From Candidatus Woesearchaeota archaeon (GTDB lineage: Archaea; Nanobdellota; Nanobdellia; Woesearchaeales; UBA10216), in assembly GCA_016180065.1 (NCBI GenBank), contig JACPBY010000001.1:30633-94632 (forward strand): a DNA stretch of 64,000 nt, given 5' to 3'. This document shows, piece after piece, positions 57,409 through 64,000 of this stretch (the stretch's first letter is position 1; every line of letters starts with the position of its first letter). The notes under the pieces are model-generated. The model saw nothing but the letters and a program-made list of their open reading frames with translations, was not told where the DNA came from and did no database searches. A program made the position numbers and the translations under genes.

Positions 57409-59274
57409 TTAACCTGTTTTCGTTCCGAACGGCCTGAACGGAATAGCCCCTCCTTCAAAAAACTTTGTGAAAAACTCAACATAATGGAGCCTCAGGCTGT
57501 GCAGGAAGCTCCCGAGAAGCCCCAAGGCGAGGTTTATGGTGTGGCCTACGAACAACACAATAACCGCAGCTACAGAGCCAATAACGCCGCCATGAAACAT
57601 CTCAGCTGCCATGTCATTGATAACAACTGCAAGTATCACTGAAGACAGCCCAACAGCGCCAAGCCTCGCGTACGACATGAGGTTGCTCAGCAGCCCGGGT
57701 ATTTCTATCGGCCCCCTGAAGCCTTCTGCCATTGTTATCAGCATGACCGCCAATACGGCAGCGCCTCCTCCAACATAAGCAGGCAGGCCAATCCTGCCCA
57801 TAATTGACAATACTGCAAGAGCCACGCCAAGCTCCAAAAAAACCCAGCTCAGCTTCCCAGCAAATGCCTTAAACAGGCCCTTGTGCCTAAGTTCATTAAA
57901 GAATCCAAGGATAAACCCGAGATTTATGTGAAACAGGCCAATAACGACTGATATCACAAGCAGCTCATTAATTGCATGAGCCCTGCTCAGCAGCCTTGGA
58001 AGCTCAGTGCCAAACACGCTTTCAAAGCCAAAGGCTTCCCCGAAGAGGAAACCAAAAATTATTGAGGAGACCGACGCGGGGATTACAACATTGACAAGCG
58101 GCGCACTTTTAGGTATTCTGCCCTTAAGCCAGAGCAGGAGAAAAAATGTCACAAGGCCGTAGCCGATATCACCCAGGATGAAGCCGAAGAACAATGGAAA
58201 TGTTATGAACATGAAACTGGTGGGGTCGATTTCATCGTACCTCGGCAAGGCGTAGAGCCTCATGAAAAACTCAAACGGCTTTGCATGTCCGGGGTTGCTG
58301 AGCTTGACAGGAACCTTGTCTCCGTGATGAGGAAGGGCCGCGTCAACAAAAATCCGCTCGCCGGTTGCCATGTTAAGCCTTTCTTCAAGGGCTCCAAGCT
58401 CTTTTGAAGGAACCCAGCCCGTTACAACAAAAGTGCCCTTGCTGACTGCAAACCTGAGAGGAGCCTGGGCTTTCTCAAGCTCAATGCTGATGAGCTGCTC
58501 GGCCAGCAGCAAAAAGTCATTCCACTTCCTGCCCAGCCTTAAAAGGGATTTCTCACCTGATTCCTTTTGCCTTTGCAGCTTTTCCTTTTTCCTGGCAACC
58601 GCTTCCATTGCGGCCGGAACAGAACCGCTCAAGTCTTTGACCTCTGTCAGCTGAACCTCTGAAAAGCCATTTCTGGCAAGAGCCTCAGCGGCTTCACCCT
58701 TTTTTTCAAGGCTAACAAAAAGGGCAATGCCAAACCCTGATTTTTCCTCTGACGTAAACAGCTCAAACCTGTCTGTAATGGCAAGCAGGGATTGCCTTAG
58801 CTTCTTCGCGTCCTTCACTGTTCCTGCAAAGCAAGCAAGTGAGCGGTAGCCTGAAAATGCAGCAAGCCCAAGGCCGAGATTTTTAAGAAATGACAGCTGT
58901 GCATCCTTAATACCAAGCCTTTTCAGCTCCTCATCAGCAGATTTTAAACCGGACATAATGGTATTCACGCCAGCATTAAGCGTTCTTGCAGCCCTTTCAA
59001 GCTCTACAAGGTTCCTCACGCCAACAGCCCGGAAGCCGTTACTCAATTCCTTCTTCCCCGAAATGCCAAGCACAGAAGAAACAGACCTTATCGCAACCAG
59101 AAGCTCAGAAAGCCTGCCTGCCTTTTCAAAAGGGCTTCCTATGTCAAGCTCAAGTTCGCCCCTCTGGTGGTCAATAACATGGACCGCTTTAAGCTTGTGA
59201 AGCTCCTTAACTGTTTTCTCCATAACTGCCTTTGGGCCTATTACGGTTACTTTTTTCATCCTTTCTGGCAGCAT
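57409..59274 (-). CDS. atpI: A/V-type ATP synthase subunit I (a)
   Basis: P..M.KV, GWVP, EIDPT, GDIGYG, SYARL, LRLHYVEFF. Confidence 0.96.
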   Translation of the reverse strand: MLPERMKKVTVIGPKAVMEKTVKELHKLKAVHVIDHQRGELELDIGSPFEKAGRLSELLVAIRSVSSVLGISGKKELSNGFRAVGVRNLVELERAARTLNAGVNTIMSGLKSADEELKRLGIKDAQLSFLKNLGLGLAAFSGYRSLACFAGTVKDAKKLRQSLLAITDRFELFTSEEKSGFGIALFVSLEKKGEAAEALARNGFSEVQLTEVKDLSGSVPAAMEAVARKKEKLQRQKESGEKSLLRLGRKWNDFLLLAEQLISIELEKAQAPLRFAVSKGTFVVTGWVPSKELGALEERLNMATGERIFVDAALPHHGDKVPVKLSNPGHAKPFEFFMRLYALPRYDEIDPTSFMFITFPLFFGFILGDIGYGLVTFFLLLWLKGRIPKSAPLVNVVIPASVSSIIFGFLFGEAFGFESVFGTELPRLLSRAHAINELLVISVVIGLFHINLGFILGFFNELRHKGLFKAFAGKLSWVFLELGVALAVLSIMGRIGLPAYVGGGAAVLAVMLITMAEGFRGPIEIPGLLSNLMSYARLGAVGLSSVILAVVINDMAAEMFHGGVIGSVAAVIVLFVGHTINLALGLLGSFLHSLRLHYVEFFTKFFEGGAIPFRPFGTKTG

Positions 59275-59277
59275 GGC

Positions 59278-59598
59278 TTAAACCCCAATTTCCCTTTCGA
59301 AGGCTTCCATGACAAGCGCTACAGCATCGGCTGCATTCCTTCCAGCGCTTTTTTCCAATGACTCGAGCTTTTCCGAGCCCTCTGCCAGAAGCTTCTGCCT
59401 TGCGGCAAGCACCCTTTCCTTCTGCTTTTCAAGGCTATGGGCTTTCCTGATTGAAAGCTCGTCCTCCTTTTCCTTTAGAAGCCTGGCAGAATTGCTTCTC
59501 GCTTCGGAAATTATGCCCTGAGACTGCTGCCTCGCCTGCTCAACAATCTTATCCGCTTCGCCCTCCGCGGCCTTAACCTCTTCCAAGACAGTGTTCAT
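59278..59598 (-). CDS. atpH: A/V-type ATP synthase subunit H/G (peripheral stalk)
   Basis: L..VK.AE.EA..IV..A coiled coil; first gene of the operon. Confidence 0.85.
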   Translation of the reverse strand: MNTVLEEVKAAEGEADKIVEQARQQSQGIISEARSNSARLLKEKEDELSIRKAHSLEKQKERVLAARQKLLAEGSEKLESLEKSAGRNAADAVALVMEAFEREIGV

Positions 59599-59748
59599 CC
59601 GAAACAGCCCCAAATAAAGAACAGGCTGAAGGGTTAAAAAACGGTTTATAAACATTTTGTAAGTATGTTATAAGGGCAGCTCTACGCCGCCCATGCCAAC
59701 CCTGCATTTCAGGTAAAATCTTTAAATACCCGGTGCCAGCCTGCTGCC

Positions 59749-60441
59749 ATGGGAAAAGTTTCAACAGGCTCTGCGGCGCTTGACCGGCTGCTGGAGAAAG
59801 GGTATGAGACAGATGTCATAACAACGCTCTACGGCCCTGCCGGCTCAGGAAAGACAACAACCTGCCTGCTCGCGGCACTCAGCGCCGCAACAGCAAAAGA
59901 GAACAAAGACAAGAAAGTGGTTTTCATCGACACAGAAGGGGGATTCTCAACAGAACGGCTTCAGCAGCTAACAGGGGATGAAAAAGAGGCAAGGAAAGCC
60001 CTTGAGAGAATAATGCTGCTCAAAATAACAACATTTGCAGAGCAAAAAAAATGCATAGAGACATTAGCCCAGCAGATTCAGGGCAACTCAGGGCTTTGCA
60101 TGATTATCTGCGACACAATATCCTCTCTCTACAGGATAGAAAGGGGGGAAGACAACATAAACCTCAACCGCGAACTGGGAAAGCAGCTCTCAACACTCCT
60201 CGCAATCGCGAGAACAAAAGACATGCCCGTGATTGTAACAACACCCGTCTATGCAGACTTCGCGGACAAGACGAAGGTGAAAATGGTTGGGGGAGACATC
60301 CTGAAATACAGCAGCAAATGCCTCATTGAGCTAAAAATAAACCACAACGGAACGAGAACAGCTGTCCTGGCAAAGCACAGGAGCGTGCCTGAAAGAGAAG
60401 TTACTTTCAAAATAAAAGAAAAAGGGCTTGAGGAGACTTAG
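59749..60441 (+). CDS. radB: DNA repair protein RadB
   Basis: STG...LD.LL, GPAGSGKT, IDTEGG, KHR motif; lacks the RadA N-terminal domain. Confidence 0.94.
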   Translation: MGKVSTGSAALDRLLEKGYETDVITTLYGPAGSGKTTTCLLAALSAATAKENKDKKVVFIDTEGGFSTERLQQLTGDEKEARKALERIMLLKITTFAEQKKCIETLAQQIQGNSGLCMIICDTISSLYRIERGEDNINLNRELGKQLSTLLAIARTKDMPVIVTTPVYADFADKTKVKMVGGDILKYSSKCLIELKINHNGTRTAVLAKHRSVPEREVTFKIKEKGLEET

Positions 60442-60451
60442 CTTGCTCCCT

Positions 60452-61399
60452 TTATTGTTCCTCCTGCTCCATGCTGTTCCTCAAGACACCATTGACTGAG
60501 ATTATCATGTACTTGAAATATTCAATGAGCCTTGCAGCAACCACTGAGCTGTGCTTCTCGAGCAGACTGTCGCACTCCTTCAGCAAGGCCTTTGAGTTGG
60601 TCTCTGTCCTGAAAGCCTGTGTCTTGTCCCTGTTGTAGTGCACTTTCATCACAGCCTCGTAATGCTTGGCAATCGCGGCATAAATCTCCCTGAACTCCCT
60701 GAACTTGTTCACGTCAAGCTTTTTCTCCTTAGCGAACCTCAGGATGCGCTTAAGCTGGTCGCCAAACCTCTCCAAGTGCGACAACACCTGCTTCGAGACC
60801 ATGATGTTCCAGTAGGTTGTTTCAAACAGCCGCAGCAGCCTCGGGTTGTCAGCAGCTGCCCGTGCTGTCCTCAAGCCGAGCAGGGTAAGCCTGTTCACCT
60901 CATTATCCCTTTCATAAACGCTCTCAGCTTCAGAGCCGGAAAAGTTTTTTGCATCCTCAAGCATTGACCGTATTATGATGTCAACCCTCCTGACAACATT
61001 GCCCATGGAAACTTCCTGGACGTCAAGCAGGTCCTTGGCAACAACCTTTGAAGTCGTTTCCTCAACAATTTCCATCCCTACAAGGCCGTGAAAGATTTCC
61101 TTGACATCCTTTGCCATTAAACCGGCGTCTGTGACTGTAACCACGTCATAATTGTTTATGTAAAGGGATGTTATCTCTGTCTTCAGCTCCTGCACGCCCT
61201 TGCCAGCAGCGCTTATTGCGGCTTCCCTGATTTTGCGGCGCTCGCTGGAATCCTTTGAGGCGAACACGAGCTCATTGGGCCGTTCATCCACCACGAGGAC
61301 ATCGCCCTTCTTAAGCCTGTTTTTCTCAACCCATGCCTTCGGGACAGAAACAACAAAGCTTGAGTTGCCAAACGCCATAAGCTTCCTGAATTCCATCAC
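60452..61399 (-). CDS. PhoU-family regulator with N-terminal AbrB domain
   Basis: RKL..FG.SS.VVS.PK.W, G.EIVE, D..VNR, LER.GD. Confidence 0.88.
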   Translation of the reverse strand: MMEFRKLMAFGNSSFVVSVPKAWVEKNRLKKGDVLVVDERPNELVFASKDSSERRKIREAAISAAGKGVQELKTEITSLYINNYDVVTVTDAGLMAKDVKEIFHGLVGMEIVEETTSKVVAKDLLDVQEVSMGNVVRRVDIIIRSMLEDAKNFSGSEAESVYERDNEVNRLTLLGLRTARAAADNPRLLRLFETTYWNIMVSKQVLSHLERFGDQLKRILRFAKEKKLDVNKFREFREIYAAIAKHYEAVMKVHYNRDKTQAFRTETNSKALLKECDSLLEKHSSVVAARLIEYFKYMIISVNGVLRNSMEQEEQ

Positions 61400-61530
61400 A
61401 GCCCCCCCACAACACCATTATATAAATTTTAAAATATTAATAACTAATATTTTCTCCCAAAATATAACATATATTAAGTATAGGCATAAGCATATATATT
61501 AAGCTTTTGTTCCGGGCTTCGTGAACCAAA

Positions 61531-61653
61531 ATGGATGAAGAAAGCATAGACGTATACGACGAGCTTGGAGTTGAAGGGCTGCTTGATGACGATGAGCTCT
61601 CCGCAAGGGAAGAAGGATTCATGCTGGGATATGAATCTGAACCGGAAGAGTAA
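61531..61653 (+). CDS. Small acidic protein, 40 aa (absent from the ORF track)
   Basis: MDEESIDVYDELGVEGLLDDDELSAREEGFMLGYESEPEE; TATATT box ~30 nt upstream. Confidence 0.7.
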   Translation: MDEESIDVYDELGVEGLLDDDELSAREEGFMLGYESEPEE

Positions 61654-61658
61654 GGCAG

Positions 61659-62261
61659 TCACTCTTCTGTAAAGTCCTCAATGGGAGCCTTGAAATCGTC
61701 ATTGCCCTTAATCTCGCCCCTCAGCTTCATGTACTCCCTGGTCAGGACCCAAAAAAGCAGGCCCAGGCTTTTCTTCCCTTTGTTGTTGCAGGGCACAACA
61801 AGGTCTATGTTGTTTGCCTGGTTGTTGGTGTCGCACAAGGCAATCACAGGTATGCCTATGCGCATGGCGTCGTCAATCACATTCCTGTCCGGCCAAGGGT
61901 CAGTAACCATTACAAGCTTGGCTTCACGGTAGCTGTCAAGTGCCGGGTTTGTGAGGATTCCCGGCATGTATTTGCCAGCAAAAACATTTATGCCTGAGTG
62001 CTTGTTAACAGCCCTGAGGGCTTTCCAGCTGTTCTCCCTTTTCCCGACAATAATGATGTCTCCTGGCTTGTACCTTGAGAGCATATTGGCAGCGTTTTTG
62101 ATTCTTTCATCAATCTTCTGAAGGTTAAGGACAGAGAGCCCATCCGGCCTGGTTTTGTAAATGAACTGCTCCATGTATTTTGTCCTGAACTTAGTGCCTA
62201 TGTGTATTCCTGCCTTTAGATACGAGTCCTGCGGCACCAAAAACTGCCCAGCTTCAGCCAT
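61659..62261 (-). CDS. rps2: 30S ribosomal protein S2
   Basis: YLKAG.HIGT, PG.LTNP, DP..D, IALCDT, PCNNKG. Confidence 0.97.
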   Translation of the reverse strand: MAEAGQFLVPQDSYLKAGIHIGTKFRTKYMEQFIYKTRPDGLSVLNLQKIDERIKNAANMLSRYKPGDIIIVGKRENSWKALRAVNKHSGINVFAGKYMPGILTNPALDSYREAKLVMVTDPWPDRNVIDDAMRIGIPVIALCDTNNQANNIDLVVPCNNKGKKSLGLLFWVLTREYMKLRGEIKGNDDFKAPIEDFTEE

Positions 62262-62407
62262 TCAAACCATCCTCCACAATTAACAGCCCAAGAACATGCT
62301 TGAACTGCAACACAACACCGGCAGGCGCCGATGTGCAGAGACAGCGAACTGTCCCTGTATTATCGCCCGTTGCAGACAACACTCACAATAGGGTGTCTGG
62401 GCAATAA
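62262..62407 (-). promoter_or_regulatory. Structured 5' leader of rps2
   Basis: TTTTATAA at 62429-62436; stem TTATTGCCC/GGGCGATAA, UUCG hairpin CAGGGACAG/CTGTCTCTG, hairpin CATCGGC/GCCGGTG. Confidence 0.6.
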
Positions 62408-62438
62408 GAAAGTGGATAAGCGGCATGCTTATAAAACT

Positions 62439-63275
62439 TTACTTTTTGCTGCGCTTCGGCTTCGCTGGCCGGGTTTCTGCAGATGCAGCCAGCGGCTTTG
62501 CGGAGATTACATCCCTGTAAGCCTGGCCGTAAAGGCTGGATACGGTTGGCGTTAAAATGACAGCATAAACTGCACTTATGATGGATGCGAGGAGGTTTGC
62601 GGGGGGGTAAAATTGTGCAATGAGCACCAGAGGCAGGATGAGAACCAGCAGCGGAATCGCCAGCCCTATCGAGTAGCCAACGGCGACAATCCAGGGGACA
62701 AAATACGCCAAAGAGAAGGAATACTTCAGAATTTTACGAAGTTCAAAGAAGGCTGCAAAGCGGTTCTCATAAGCAAAATGCGCCATGAGCATGGGGCCTG
62801 AGTAAAACATGAAAAAACTCCATACGAGAGCAAAGACAACGGAAAAAGCGAGCAAAACCAGCCCCACTATCCTCAGCGAACCAGGGCCCTTAAGCAGGAG
62901 TATTAGCAGAATGAGCAGAAAAATAAGAGGCAAGGCGTATATAAGCAACGCAATCGCATACTTAAGCCCTGCCGCGAGAAGAGCGAATGGCTTCTCGAAC
63001 GGCGGCATGATGTTCTTGCCATGAGAAGCGTAGCTCGTAAGCCTTACAGTATAACCTGATATTACGATGTAAAGAATAACTGTGATGATGACAAAAACAA
63101 TAGAAAGGGCAATGAAGTTTGCCAAGCCGGAAGCCATGGCAAGCGATAATACCCCCTTTGGAAACACCTGTGCAAGGTCTGCCGGCAGTCCTGCAACAAC
63201 CACCAGCAGGAACAGGATGCAAGACCTGTGCCAGTTTGTGAAAGGAAGCTTGAAAGCTTCGCCGTAATCTGCCAT
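62439..63275 (-). CDS. DUF4013-like membrane protein
   Basis: D...AFK.PF, GY..R, .P.F, G.K, AAFF pattern with multiple TM helices. Confidence 0.8.
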   Translation of the reverse strand: MADYGEAFKLPFTNWHRSCILFLLVVVAGLPADLAQVFPKGVLSLAMASGLANFIALSIVFVIITVILYIVISGYTVRLTSYASHGKNIMPPFEKPFALLAAGLKYAIALLIYALPLIFLLILLILLLKGPGSLRIVGLVLLAFSVVFALVWSFFMFYSGPMLMAHFAYENRFAAFFELRKILKYSFSLAYFVPWIVAVGYSIGLAIPLLVLILPLVLIAQFYPPANLLASIISAVYAVILTPTVSSLYGQAYRDVISAKPLAASAETRPAKPKRSKK

Positions 63276-63394
63276 TGCATTCCTGTCTGCTGGGCGCGTT
63301 TATAAACCTTTTTGCAGCCAGCCACAACACACTCAATTGTTTCACTACTGAAAAGAGATAAATTTATATAGTAGTTAGTGTAGTGCTCAATTCA

Positions 63395-64000
63395 ATGGCT
63401 GGCTTGCTGGAAGGCGTAGTCTGTGGAAATATTGGCGTGGGAGCTATTGGCTCTTACTGGACAAGGCTTCAGAGGAGAGAAGGCGCTCAGGTTCTGGTAT
63501 ATGATGCAAACCATGGAAGAGCACAACAGGTTGCAGAGGATTACGGTGCAGAAGCAGTTTCTCTGGACGAGCTCATTGGGAGTTCAGATTGGATAAGCAC
63601 TGCCGTTTTGCCATTAAAAGAAGTCTTCAGTGTTATGAAGCAGATAGGCGAAAGAAAACAGCTGCTTAAGCCCGGCAGCCTCCTGCTTGACCATAGTGGT
63701 GTTAAAACAGGAACTGCAAGCTTTCTTGATGAACTTTTAAGAAATTCAGGTGTGAGGGAAACGGACACGTTCGCAAGTGCAATGCTTAAAGCTATTGACG
63801 GCAGGGAAGCAGTTGAGGCAATAGCCCTCCACCTTGCGTTCAGGCCTGATGTTGAGTTGGAAGGGCAAAACGTATACATCAGCCCGGTAAAACCAGCAGA
63901 CGGCGGTGTGTGGCTGCCAAGGGTAAAGGGATTGCTCTCTTATTATGGCGCAAACATTCACCAGATGACCCCTGAGCAGCAGGACCTCGTTACCATGCGC
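63395..64000 (+). CDS. Prephenate dehydrogenase (TyrA)-like oxidoreductase, N-terminal part (truncated; absent from the ORF track)
   Basis: IGVGAIG Rossmann motif, LLLDHSGVK, HLAFRP, MTPEQQD; frame open to the window end. Confidence 0.75.
   Translation, partial: MAGLLEGVVCGNIGVGAIGSYWTRLQRREGAQVLVYDANHGRAQQVAEDYGAEAVSLDELIGSSDWISTAVLPLKEVFSVMKQIGERKQLLKPGSLLLDHSGVKTGTASFLDELLRNSGVRETDTFASAMLKAIDGREAVEAIALHLAFRPDVELEGQNVYISPVKPADGGVWLPRVKGLLSYYGANIHQMTPEQQDLVTMR

Overview
Gene-dense archaeal chromosomal segment. It most resembles a DPANN (Woesearchaeota-like) genome, inferred from gene content, lineage-typical hypothetical families and TTTATA/TTTAAA promoters. The housekeeping backbone comprises endA (partial), fen, trm5, pan, tldDE, tyrS, rfcS, pelota, ADP-forming acyl-CoA ligase, trmB, pheST, the L3-to-secY ribosomal superoperon (without rpp29 and adk), NAC, Sec61beta, a complete A-type ATP synthase operon, radB, phoU-like, rps2 and a partial TyrA-like gene. 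Accessory parts are a solo Cas4-like nuclease, a vapBC pair, an AAA_14/DUF4143 ATPase and a ~10 kb cluster of uncharacterised surface, lipoprotein and pilin-signal genes. The least explained signals are non-coding: (1) a 140-nt four-way-junction RNA between tyrS and the Cas4-like gene, with a partial second copy before pelota; (2) a box C/D-like K-turn RNA after trm5; (3) structured leaders before rpl3, secY and rps2, the last two sharing a 21-nt hairpin motif. All calls come from motif recognition and manual base-pairing; no database search or folding program was run.
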